From the NCBI GenBank assembly GCA_963813335.1, contig CAWEYL010000001.1, positions 1-64,000 on the forward strand: a stretch of 64,000 nt of DNA, given 5' to 3'. This DNA comes from an uncultured Chloroflexia bacterium. GTDB taxonomy: Bacteria > Chloroflexota > Limnocylindria > Limnocylindrales > CSP1-4. This document shows positions 1-11,000 of the stretch, one piece after another. Below the pieces are notes generated by a model that was given only the letters and a program-made list of their open reading frames with translations, made no database searches and had not been told where the DNA came from. The position numbers were made by a program, and so were the translations under genes. Position 1 is the first letter of the stretch, and the number at the start of each line of letters is the position of its first letter.

Positions 1-15
1 AGCGAAGGTCCGGGG

Positions 16-294
16 CTAACCGTCGAGCGGATCGACCATCGGAGCCAGCCATTGCGAAGGATGCCACCGACCATCCCGGTCGGTCACGAGGACCACGACC
101 CGATCCTTGTGGTAGGTGACAGCCTCCAGCGCGTCCAGATGGTCGCGACACAGGAAGACCGGCGCTTCCAGTGCATTGGGATCTCGGGCCACGCAACACA
201 AGGTCCAGGCTCGGCTCCTGCAGCCTGACGACTCGCAGAACTGGCTTACCAGAGTCCCGATCAGGGCCTGACCGTCAGCGACTGGATCACGCAT
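16..294 (-). CDS. hypothetical protein (Cys/His-rich)
   Basis: Short ORF with non-shadow-like composition; no recognisable family; start uncertain. Confidence 0.3.
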   Translation of the reverse strand: MRDPVADGQALIGTLVSQFCESSGCRSRAWTLCCVARDPNALEAPVFLCRDHLDALEAVTYHKDRVVVLVTDRDGRWHPSQWLAPMVDPLDG

Positions 295-413
295 GCCGCA
301 TCGTTGATCGACAGTCGGGCGAGGCACAAGAGGGCCAAGGGACCAGCCTCCCCCCGCCATCTACGACTTTCGAGTCCTTGCGTCACGGACCGACATGTGT
401 GATCGATAGTCGT

Positions 414-851
414 ATGACAACGCGGCGCTGGCCCGCTCTCGGCATCCTCGCCCTGTTCGTCGCCGTCGGCCTTGGGGGCGCCTGGGTCTACATCAACGGG
501 TCCAAGGGGGATGGAAGCGACGAGACCATCCCTTGGAATCTCTCGGGCATGGGTGGGGCCAACAGCGCTGCCGGCCAGGAGGTCGTCGGGCCGAACGTCG
601 TCCGCGTGCACGTCGAGCAGTGGCCCGTCGACGTCGGGGAGGACTCCTCCTGGCTCGTGTCATCGGTCAACGAGTCCGCGGCCGCAGTGACCATCACCCT
701 GCGGGCAGGGCCCGACCATCCCCTGCGCGTCAACGGCCTGGACACCGTCGGCTGGTACGACACCGGCGGCTGGGTCAAGGTCACGCTGTCGGCGCCCCTG
801 GGCTCTCGAATGCTTGTCGACGGGGCTACCGGCAAGGCCGCCCCAAGATAG
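414..851 (+). CDS. hypothetical membrane-anchored/secreted protein
   Basis: ATG414 followed by an N-terminal hydrophobic helix (WPALGILALFVAVGLGGAWVY) and a beta-rich domain. Confidence 0.65.
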   Translation: MTTRRWPALGILALFVAVGLGGAWVYINGSKGDGSDETIPWNLSGMGGANSAAGQEVVGPNVVRVHVEQWPVDVGEDSSWLVSSVNESAAAVTITLRAGPDHPLRVNGLDTVGWYDTGGWVKVTLSAPLGSRMLVDGATGKAAPR

Positions 852-886
852 TTGCGCCCGCTCGTACCCTGCGGCAGGATCGGAGC

Positions 887-1210
887 ATGGAGCTGATCTG
901 GCGCGCGACCGCTGATTTCCGGGTTCAGGCGACCGGACCGCGGCATGCCTGGTACTGGGGTCGGGGCTACGACAGCGACACGCTCGTCATCCCGGCAGAC
1001 ACCCGCTTCGCCACTCCGACCCTGGCCTGGCATCCGCGTCCGGCGGGAGGCTACGTGTACGTCACCGGTGACGAGCCGGCCGAGCTGTGGGTCAAGTGGC
1101 CGCTCCTGGATCCGGTCGGCACCCTCGAGGTTGGAGCGATCATCGCGGTCCTGGCCTCGTCATCGGGCATCACACCACCGATCTCGCGGGCTCCCGATGC
1201 GGGTTCGTAG
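887..1210 (+). CDS. hypothetical protein
   Basis: ATG887; Trp/Tyr-rich globular-looking sequence, co-directional with neighbours. Confidence 0.5.
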   Translation: MELIWRATADFRVQATGPRHAWYWGRGYDSDTLVIPADTRFATPTLAWHPRPAGGYVYVTGDEPAELWVKWPLLDPVGTLEVGAIIAVLASSSGITPPISRAPDAGS

Positions 1211-1718
1211 GATCTGGCGCAGGGCGCCCAGCCAGACCGTCTCGGACAGTCCTTGGACTCCGAAGATCCATGCTTGGTCTCCGGAGGATGAAGGCGCTCG
1301 CAGCATCGCCTGGGACCTGAATGGCCAATACAAGCGTCTGCCCTGCGACTTCCGGCCCGGTGGTGTGGTCTGGACCTGCCCGTATCGCGCCGACAAGCTC
1401 TTTCGGACCGACAACTACGCCTGTTCGGGAGACGCGGTCATCATCGCCTTTGCCGCCGATCAACTCACGGTGTTCGCCTGCGCCACGCACGAATCCTGGT
1501 TGCGCCGCCACCACATGCTGAGCGAAGCCACAGACTCTGAGGGAGCGAAGTATTGGGGTGAGGGGGTCCAGGGGCGAGTCGATGAAGGCGGGGTCTGGCG
1601 GCTGATCCCCGTCTTCTCGCTCGACGACTATGGTCCCGAGGACCGCGCCGAATTCGAGATCGGCCTGGCGGCCTACCGACGCCGGCTCGGGGGTGATGCG
1701 ACAGACGATGGATCCTGA
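1197..1718 (+). CDS. hypothetical protein
   Basis: 3' part of ORF 945..1718 has protein-like composition; start uncertain. Confidence 0.5.
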   Translation: MRVRRIWRRAPSQTVSDSPWTPKIHAWSPEDEGARSIAWDLNGQYKRLPCDFRPGGVVWTCPYRADKLFRTDNYACSGDAVIIAFAADQLTVFACATHESWLRRHHMLSEATDSEGAKYWGEGVQGRVDEGGVWRLIPVFSLDDYGPEDRAEFEIGLAAYRRRLGGDATDDGS

Positions 1719-1736
1719 CCATCGCCGTTTCGCCGC

Positions 1737-2117
1737 CTAGCGGGTGGCGATCACCTCGATCTCGACCCGGAAGTCGAGGGCCAGCGCGGTCACGCCGACG
1801 GTCGCCCGGGTCGGGGGGTCGGTCGGGAAGTACGTGCGGTAGATCGCGTTCATCGCCGCGAAGTCGCCGAAGTCCTTGAGGTAGACCGTGGCCTTGACGA
1901 CGTCGCCGTAGTCGAGGCCGACCGCGTGCAGCAGCGCGCCGACGTTCTCGAGCATCTGGCGGGTCTCCGCCTCGATGCCGCCCAGGACGGCGCCCGGGGT
2001 GCCGGGCACGTCGCCGCACTGGCCCGCCAGGAAGACGAACCCGTTGGCCTCGACGACCTTGCTGAAGGGCAGCGTCCCGGCCGGGATGCCGGGGAGTGCC
2101 GGAACGGTCTTGGGCAT
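1737..2117 (-). CDS. RidA/YjgF/UK114 family enamine-imine deaminase
   Basis: PFSKVVEANGFVFLAGQ, MNAIYRTYF..PPTRATVGV..L...VEIEVIA; AGGAGG RBS. Confidence 0.92.
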   Translation of the reverse strand: MPKTVPALPGIPAGTLPFSKVVEANGFVFLAGQCGDVPGTPGAVLGGIEAETRQMLENVGALLHAVGLDYGDVVKATVYLKDFGDFAAMNAIYRTYFPTDPPTRATVGVTALALDFRVEIEVIATR

Positions 2118-2146
2118 GGATTTCCTCCTGCTTCCAGTGTCTGCGG

Positions 2147-3208
2147 CTAGAGTCGCCGGCCGGCGGCCTCGACGGCTCGCTCGGCCCACCAGGCGAGGTC
2201 GTCCGCGGCCGCGGCGCCGGAGCCCAGTGTGACGCCGTTGGCGGTGTCGGCGCCCTTCCGCCAGCCGCGCAGCAGCAGCCCGACGATCCAGGCCAGGTCG
2301 GTCTGGGCGTCCCAGTCGCCGAGGTCGACGCCATCCCTGTCGGCCGCGGCCCGGTAGCGGCGCATGACCTCATCGGGCGTGAACGGCAGCTCGGCGCTGT
2401 TGGTGACGATGCACCAGCCGAGCTCGACCGCGACCGGCGCCCGCAGGGTCATCTGCCAGTCGATCCAGGCGACGCTGCCGTCGTCCAGCCGCGCGACATT
2501 CGCGAGCTTGATGTCGCCGTGCAGCCCGACGTCGGGCAACCTCCCGAGGGCCGCCACCAGCGGCGAGGGATCGGCGGCGAGCCGCTCGACCAGGTCCCAC
2601 GCCGCCGCCTGTGCGAACCGCTCGAATCCGGCCCAGCCGCGCAGGAAGATCTCGCCGACCGGGTTGCGGTCGGCTGCATAGCCGGCCGCGGACCGCGGCG
2701 TCAGCAGCGTCAGCCGCTCGGAAAGGGGACACCACGGCGGCGTGCCGCGGTCCTGCGCGGCCGCCGCCTCGGCCGCCTCGCTCCAGCGGGACGCGTGCAG
2801 CTCCGCGATCCGCTCGATGAGGGCGTCGGCGGCCGCGAGTTCCAGGACCGTGCCGCCGACCTGCCGCGGCCACGCCCCCAGCTCGGCGCTGAGGTCGTGC
2901 ATGAGGATCGCCGCGCCGCCGTCCGGGTCGGCCGCCGCGCCCAGGTACGGGGTTGCGACCTCTCGGTCATCGATCGCCGCCACGGCCTCCGCCAGCCACG
3001 CCTCGCGGACGCCGTCGTCGCGGGTCGCCCGCACGATCCAGTCATGCGCCGCGGAGCTGTGCTTGAGGACGTACCGGCGCCCGCCATGCTCCAGCATCCG
3101 GAACGTGGCCCCGGACCAGCCGTCGGTCGGAAAGGGCGCGTCGGCGACGCCGGCCAGCCCGCGCTCTGCCAGGAGGTCGTCGAGCTGGCGCTCGCGCCAG
3201 TCGGTCAC
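2147..3208 (-). CDS. aminoglycoside/choline phosphotransferase (APH/EcKinase-like) family protein
   Basis: LHGDIKLANV and IDWQ kinase motifs. Confidence 0.85.
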   Translation of the reverse strand: MTDWRERQLDDLLAERGLAGVADAPFPTDGWSGATFRMLEHGGRRYVLKHSSAAHDWIVRATRDDGVREAWLAEAVAAIDDREVATPYLGAAADPDGGAAILMHDLSAELGAWPRQVGGTVLELAAADALIERIAELHASRWSEAAEAAAAQDRGTPPWCPLSERLTLLTPRSAAGYAADRNPVGEIFLRGWAGFERFAQAAAWDLVERLAADPSPLVAALGRLPDVGLHGDIKLANVARLDDGSVAWIDWQMTLRAPVAVELGWCIVTNSAELPFTPDEVMRRYRAAADRDGVDLGDWDAQTDLAWIVGLLLRGWRKGADTANGVTLGSGAAAADDLAWWAERAVEAAGRRL

Positions 3209-3224
3209 GCGCTCGCGGCGACCG

Positions 3225-3641
3225 TCAGCACGGGGCCGGGACGTCGAGCTCGCCCGGCGGACCGTCGTCCATGTACTCCACGAACGAATCGGGGCAGTTG
3301 CGGGTCAGCACGACCACGAGCGGGTCGATCGTGGACGCGTTCTCCTCGACGTGGACCTCGCCCGCCGGGATGTACACGAAATCGCCGGCACCGGCGTCCA
3401 TCGCGTGCTCGAGGCCGGTCGGTCCCCACGTGTAGCGGGCTCGCCCGGACAGGATGTAGATCGAGGTCTCGCAGTCGCCGTGATGGTGGATCCGGGTCCG
3501 GTCGCCGGGTGCGGTCGACACGATCGAGGAGTACAGCCGGACGCTGCCGACGCGGGGCGCCGAGATCGCGATCGACCGCTCCATGCCGGCGTGCTGCCCG
3601 GTCGTCGTGTACCGCTCGGCGGGGGTGATGCGGGTGGCCAT
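3225..3641 (-). CDS. cupin domain protein
   Basis: HHHGDCETSIYILSG...GDFVYIPAGEVHVEEN cupin motifs. Confidence 0.88.
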   Translation of the reverse strand: MATRITPAERYTTTGQHAGMERSIAISAPRVGSVRLYSSIVSTAPGDRTRIHHHGDCETSIYILSGRARYTWGPTGLEHAMDAGAGDFVYIPAGEVHVEENASTIDPLVVVLTRNCPDSFVEYMDDGPPGELDVPAPC

Positions 3642-3674
3642 GTGCCGATGATACGGGCCGCTACCATCCCACTC

Positions 3675-4688
3675 GTGCCACCTGACGCATCGATCCCGCC
3701 CTGGATCGCCGCCCTGCCGCGCCATCGGCTGTTCGACGCGCCGTCGCCGCTCGGCCCGCTGCCGCGCTTCTCGGCCGCCCTCGGCGGCGGCGTCGAGGTC
3801 TGGATCAAGCGCGAGGACCTCCTGCCGCTCGCGTTCGGCGGCAACAAGCTGCGCAACCTCGAGTTCCTCGTCGGCGCGGCGCTCGCGGAGGGCGCCGACA
3901 CGCTGGTGACGGTCGGGCGCCGCTGGTCGAACCACGCGCGGCTCACCGCGGCCGCCGGCGCGCAGGCCGGCCTCGAGGTCCACCTGGTGCTGTCCGGTCC
4001 CCCGACCGACCCGCCGAACCCGGGCGTCATCCTCGACGGCTTGCTCGGGGCCGTCGTCCATCAGACCGCGACCGCGGATCGGGCGGCCCGCGAGGCGATG
4101 GTCGAGTCGGTGGTCGCCGACCTCCGGGCGGCCGGTCGCCGGCCGTACGTCATCGGCGCCGGCGGCGGCGGGGCGGTCGGGGCGGTCGGGCAGGTGCTGG
4201 CGGCGCTCGAAGCCCACGCCCAGGCCGAGGCCGCCGGCGTCGCGATCGACCGGATCGTGCTTCCGACGGCCACCGGCGGGACCCAGGCCGGGCTCGTCGT
4301 GGGGACCGCGCTGGCGGGTTCGGATGCGGCGGTCACCGGCATGACCGTTTCCAGGCCCGGCGAGGAGCTGCGGCCGACCATCGCGGCCACGATCCGCGAC
4401 CTGGCGGCGCTGGCGGGGACGGCCCGCTCGCCCGAGCTGCTGGCCCGCCCGATCGACCTCGACGACCGCGCGTTCGGCGACGGCTACGGCCGGCCGAGCG
4501 CGGCCGCCGACGAGGCGACCCGGCTCCTGGCGGGGACCGAGGGGATCCTCGTCGACCCGATCTACACGGCCAAGGCCCTCGCGGGCCTCGTCGGCCTCGC
4601 CCGCGAGGGCGCGCTGGCCGGCCAGCGGGTGCTGTTCTGGCACGCCGGCGGCGGGCCGGGGCTGTTCGAGCCGCTCGACCCGGCCTGA
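3675..4688 (+). CDS. D-cysteine desulfhydrase / ACC deaminase family PLP enzyme
   Basis: IKREDL...GGNKLRNLEF, SNHAR, TGGTQAGL, EGILVDPIYTAKA; start approximate. Confidence 0.88.
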   Translation: MPPDASIPPWIAALPRHRLFDAPSPLGPLPRFSAALGGGVEVWIKREDLLPLAFGGNKLRNLEFLVGAALAEGADTLVTVGRRWSNHARLTAAAGAQAGLEVHLVLSGPPTDPPNPGVILDGLLGAVVHQTATADRAAREAMVESVVADLRAAGRRPYVIGAGGGGAVGAVGQVLAALEAHAQAEAAGVAIDRIVLPTATGGTQAGLVVGTALAGSDAAVTGMTVSRPGEELRPTIAATIRDLAALAGTARSPELLARPIDLDDRAFGDGYGRPSAAADEATRLLAGTEGILVDPIYTAKALAGLVGLAREGALAGQRVLFWHAGGGPGLFEPLDPA

Positions 4689-4722
4689 CGCGGCCGCCGC
4701 GGGTGCGGCGGCCGCTCGAGCC

Positions 4723-5915
4723 CTACTTCCCGGCGGACCGCCAGGCGTCGCGCAGCTTCATCCGGCCGCCCACGTGGAGGACGGCACCGGCGTAGACGCG
4801 CGCCCCGATGGTGAACAGCGCCCAGATCGCGGCCACGGTGATCACGAACGAGACCACGACCTCCCACGGCTCGATGGCATCGAGGGCTACCCGCAGCGGG
4901 ACGACCATCGGCGCCGACGGCGGCAGGAACGTGGCGATCCGCGCGACGGTCCCGGTCGGGTCGTTGAGCACCGACAGGATCGCCACGAAGTACGAGATCA
5001 TCGCGATCATCGTCACCGGGGTCGAGGCGTTGGACGCCTCCTCCATCCGCGACGCGAGCGCGCCGAGGAAGCCGAGCGCCGTCGAGTACAGCGTGTACCC
5101 GAGGATGAACCAGACGACGAGCATGACGAGGCCGACCGGGGTGGTCGAGGGCAGCTCGAACGAGCCGGTCACGCTCGCCGCGATCAGCGCCGCGCCCATG
5201 AACACGGCCAGCTGGACGAGCCCGAGGATGCCGATGCCGAGGACCTTGCCCATGAGCAGGTCGCGCGGCCGGACCGTCGAGAGGACGACCTCGACCACGC
5301 GGCTCTGCTTCTCCTCGACGACCCCGGTCAGGACCGTGAAGCCGAACGAGAAGATGCCGACGAGGATCAGGATCGTGCTGATGTTGGCGAACAGGAAGCG
5401 CGCCTTGTCGGCGTCGGTCCGCGGATCGAGCTCCACGGCCGTCGGGGGGACGTGCGCCGCCGCGAGGGCCGTCTGGTCGACGTTGCTCTGCGAGAGCACG
5501 ACGTTCGAGCGCAGGCTGACGACGCTCGCCCCGACGATGCTCTGGAGGATCTGGTCGGCGTCCTGCTTGTAGACGACCTCGCCCGGGGCGGACAGGTCAG
5601 CGGGCACGTCGATGACGGCCTCGACCTGGTCCGCGGTGAGCGCCGCCTCGGCGGCGGTGCGGTCCGGGAAGTCGGTCAGGACCAGGGTCTTGTCGAACCC
5701 GCTCGACGCGGCCTGGAGCGTGGTCTCGAGACCGGCGGGTGCGGGGACGACGACACCGACCTTGACCTGGGCGTCGCCGCCCCGGAGGATGCTGGTCAGG
5801 GCGAACGAGCCGATGACGATCGCGGTCGTGAACAGCACGCTGAAGATGAATCCACGGCTGCGGCCACGCTCCAGGATCTCCCGGCGGGCGACCAGCCAGA
5901 TGCTGCGCCAGCGGC

Positions 5916-5919
<4 letters not shown>
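4723..5919 (-). CDS. ABC-2 type transporter permease (NatB/YhaP-like)
   Basis: VVEEKQSRVVEVVLSTVRPRDLLMGKVLG motif; multiple TM helices. Confidence 0.9.
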
Positions 5920-6835
<916 letters not shown>

Positions 6836-6972
6836 GCAGGCGACTCCTTCTGTCGCAGGTGACGATACGGGCGTTCGATGCTCGTGTCGTCGGGGACGAG
6901 GATCGCCTCCGGCCGGAGCCGGAGGCGATCGGGGCGGCGGGGGTGGGTGCCCTCACCGGGCGATGCGTCCGG

Positions 6973-7362
6973 TCACTGGGCCGTGATGGTGCCCTTCATG
7001 TCCGGGTGGACCTCGCAGATGAAGGTGTAGGTGCCGGCGGCCAGCGCCGGGACCTGGTAGGTGACGGTCGCGTTGCTGACGATGTCACCCTTGAAGACGT
7101 CCTTGCCGGCGGCGTCGGAGATCTTGATGTTGTGCGGCGCGCCGTCCTGGTTGACGAAGACCACCGCGAGCGGGGTCCCGGCCTTGACGGCGACCTGGGG
7201 CTGCTGGAACTTGATGTCCTTGGCGACGATCGACACGTCGCCGCCGGACGTTCCCGTGGTCGCCGCCGGGGCGGCGGTCGGCTCGGCGGCCGAGGTGCTG
7301 GTGCAGGCGGCGAGGACGGCGGCCAGGGCCACCATCCCGAAGGCGAGGGTCAGGCGACGCAT
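6973..7362 (-). CDS. cupredoxin (plastocyanin/azurin-like) lipoprotein
   Basis: Lipobox LAAC; copper ligands PHN...CEVHPDM. Confidence 0.9.
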   Translation of the reverse strand: MRRLTLAFGMVALAAVLAACTSTSAAEPTAAPAATTGTSGGDVSIVAKDIKFQQPQVAVKAGTPLAVVFVNQDGAPHNIKISDAAGKDVFKGDIVSNATVTYQVPALAAGTYTFICEVHPDMKGTITAQ

Positions 7363-7396
7363 GTCGATCGTGCTCCTTGTCGGTTCGGGGCGGTGA

Positions 7397-7825
7397 CTAG
7401 GCGCCGGCGGCGGCGGTGCCGCGGCGATCGGCGACGAACGAGCCGAAGGCGGCGAGCTCGCGGCGGATGACGTTGACCGGGTTGCCGTCGTGGCGGGCGA
7501 AGTCGATGCTGACCGCGACGATCAGGGCGACCTCGATGGCCTTGGCGATGTAGGCGGTGCTGTAGTACGGGCCCTGGATCGCCCACATCACGATGGCGGT
7601 CGCGGCGTAGCCGATGAGGCCGAGGCGGATGACCCAGCGGAAGCGGACGGCGAGCGCGAGCGGGATGATCATGGCGACGGCGGCGGTGACGTAGCCGAGC
7701 GCGTTGAGGGTGAACAGCAGGCCACCCAGGGTCGAGTGGATGTAGGCCGTGCCCAGCACGAGCGCGACGATGAGGGCGCGCAGGGCCACGTCGGAAGCGC
7801 GGAGCGAGGTGCGGGAAGCGAACAT
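7397..7825 (-). CDS. small integral membrane protein
   Basis: Four hydrophobic helices, TAYIH motif; upstream of cupredoxin. Confidence 0.75.
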   Translation of the reverse strand: MFASRTSLRASDVALRALIVALVLGTAYIHSTLGGLLFTLNALGYVTAAVAMIIPLALAVRFRWVIRLGLIGYAATAIVMWAIQGPYYSTAYIAKAIEVALIVAVSIDFARHDGNPVNVIRRELAAFGSFVADRRGTAAAGA

Positions 7826-8052
7826 CGGTGATCGGACCTCGATCTGTCGGTCGGACCGGCGGGGTTGCCGGCTGTCGGGGGGCATCGTCACGGCGGCGCC
7901 GCGCCCGGACGGTGGGCGGAGGACATGAAGTCGCGGCCGACGCTCGGCCCACCGCTCGTCCACCCGTGACGGGTCGGGCATCGGCCGGATGACGTAGGCC
8001 ACACCGGCGAACGGCCATGCCCGCGTTCGCGGGCTCGGCGTATCCTCGGCTC

Positions 8053-11000
8053 GTGGCCAGCCAGACCAAGCGCGCGCGGAAGCCCGCCCCGACCCCCGAC
8101 GCGACCGCGGACGCGGCTGTCCCGGAGGCGAAGCGCGCCTCGACCAATGGCCACCGCCGCCACGACCCGGATGGCGGCCACGGCGAGATCCACGACCAGC
8201 TGATCGCCGCCGTCGCCGAGACCGCCCGGCTGCTCGAGGCCGACGGCGCGATGGTCTACCTCGTCGATCCGGCCACCGGGCACCTCCGCTTCGCGCACGA
8301 CGCGGGGATCCGCAGCAAGCGCAGCCGCGACTGGGTCCGCTCGATCCGCCTGCCGGTCGGCATGGGGATGTTCGGGCGGGCGGTGGCGTTGCGCGGGGTC
8401 GTCATGACCGACGACTACCTGAACGACGCCGCCTTCGACCACGCGCCCGAAACGGACCGGGTGGTCGAGGACATCGGGATCCGCTCGATGGTCGCCGCCC
8501 CGCTGGTCAACGGCGAAGAGGTGTTCGGGGCGATCGGCGCGTTCAGCAGCCGGAAGGCCGCCTTCAGCTCGTCGAACGTGGCCCTGGTCCGGGCGCTGGC
8601 CGACCACGCCGCCGCCGCGATGGCCAACGCCCGGCTCATCGAGCAGCTGGACCATTCGCGGGCCGAGCTGGCCGCGCGCGCCGACGTGGAGCGCTCGCTC
8701 CGCGAGATCGCCGCCCGCATCAGCGCCGCGTCCGACCTGCCGGCCGTCCTGCAGGGTGCGGTCGACGAGGCGGCGCGCCTGCTCGACGCCCACGGCGCCC
8801 GCATCGACCTGATCGACCCCGGGTCCGGGCTGCTCGCGGGCGCCTACGTCTCGGGCGAGACGCCCCGAAGAGGAGGACTGGCCGCCCGACCCGAACACGA
8901 CCCTCGAAGAAGGGATCTCCGGCCAGGCGGTCGTCCGCGCTCGCGCCGTCTGGACCGGCGACTACCTGCTGGACGACTCGTTCCCGCACGGGTCGGCCGG
9001 CGACGCCTTCGTGCGGCGGACCGGCATCCACTCGGTGATGGCGGCGCCGCTGATCGGCGAGGGCGGCCCGTTCGGGTCGCTGACGATCTTCGCCGAGCGG
9101 ACCGATGCGTGGAGCGAGTCCGACGCCGCGATCCTGGTGGCCATCGCCGACCAGGCGGCCATCACGATCACGACGACCCGGCTCATCGCGGAGCTCGGCG
9201 AGTCGCGCGAGGCGCTCGGCCGCCGGGCCGCCGGAGAGCAGGCGCTCCGCGAGATCGCCGCCCGGATCACGGTGCTGCGCGACACGACGGAGATCCTCGG
9301 CGACGTCGTCGAGCAGGCCGTGCCGCCTCGTCCGCGCCGACGGGGTCATCCTCGACCTGCTCGACCCGTCGACCGGCAACCTCCACTGGGCGCTCGACAG
9401 CGGCGTGCGCGAGCAGTTCACCGACGAGGAGCGGGCGCAGCTCTGGATCTCGGTCGGCGTCGGGGCGACCGGCAAGGCCGTCGCCGAGGACCGCGTCGTG
9501 CTCGCCCGCGGCGACCTCGCGGCGCAGTTCCCGCCGTCGCCCCTGTCGACCGAGTTCTACGTGCGGACCGGCTTCCAGTCGATGATCGCCGCGCCGATCA
9601 CCGGCGAGGCGGGCCCGCTCGGTGTCATCGAGGTCTACTCGAAGCGGCCCGACGCGTTCACCGCGACGGATGCCGGCCTGATCGGCGCGCTCGCCAGCCA
9701 GGCGGCGATCGCGATCACCAATGCGCGGCTGATCGACGAGCTCGGCCGCTCCCGGGTCCAGCTCGCCGAGACCGCCGAGGCCGAGCGGACCCTGCGCGAG
9801 ATCGCCGGTCGCGTGAGCGCCATGCGCGACCAGGGCGAGATCCTCCAGTCGGTCATCGACGCGGCGGCCCGCCTGCTCCAGGCGAGCGGCGTCACGATCG
9901 ACCTGATCGACGGCAAGGGGATGGCCGAAGCCTGGTTGAACCCGCAGGTCGAGGCGCGCACGCACGCCAACGTGGACCTGCTGGCCGACGTCGAGATCGA
10001 CGCGGAGGTGGGCGTCTCCGGGATGGCCATCCGGACGAGGGCGACGGCCTGGACGGGCGACTACCTGACCGACCAGCGCTTCGCGCACACCGCGGACCGC
10101 GACGCCTTCGTCCGCGCATCCGGGATCCACTCGGTGCTGGCCGCACCACTCATCCATCGCGACGATGTCTTCGGGGTCGTCAACGCCTACGCCGACCGGG
10201 CCGACGCCTTCGACGAGACCGACGCGGGACTGCTGGCCGCCCTGGCGGACCAGGCCGCCATCGCCATCGCCAACGTGCGGCTCATCGAGGAGCTGCAGCG
10301 CTCGCGCTCGGAGATCGCCCGGCGGGCCGATTCGGAGCGGACACTGCGCGAGATCGCGGCCCGCGTGTCGGCCATCCTCGAGCCGGACGAGGTCCTCCAG
10401 CAGATCACCGAGGAGGCCGCCCGCCTCCTCGAATCGGACGGCGCCCGCATCGACCAGTACGACCCGGAGATGGACACACTGCGCTGGTCGTACGCGGCCG
10501 GCGATGCGATGTCGAAGATGCCGGACTGGGCCAAGCGCGGCGGCCTCAAGCCGGGCCAGGCGGTCGCCGGCACGGCCTTCGCCGAGCAGCGCGCGGTCCT
10601 CACCACCGACTACCTGGCCGACGAGCGCTTCGACCACACGAAGGCGATCGACTCGTTCATCAAGCGGATGCGCATCCGCGCGGTGATGTCGACGCCGCTG
10701 ATGGGCGAGGACGGGCCGATCGGCACGATCTCGGTCGTCTCGCGCAGCGCCGGCCACTACGACGAGGCGGACCTCGAGGTGCTGACCGCGCTCGCGACGC
10801 AGGCGTCGGTCGCGATCCGCAACGCCCGGCTGATGGAGCAGCTCGCCACGTCGCGGGCGGTCATCGAGCGGCGCGCCGAGGCGGAGCACGCCCTGCGCGA
10901 GATCGCCGCCCGGATCACCGCGATCCGCGAGCCGGGCGACCTGCTCCAGCACGTCGTCGACGAGGCACAGCGCCTGCTGCGCGGCGACGGCGCGATGATC

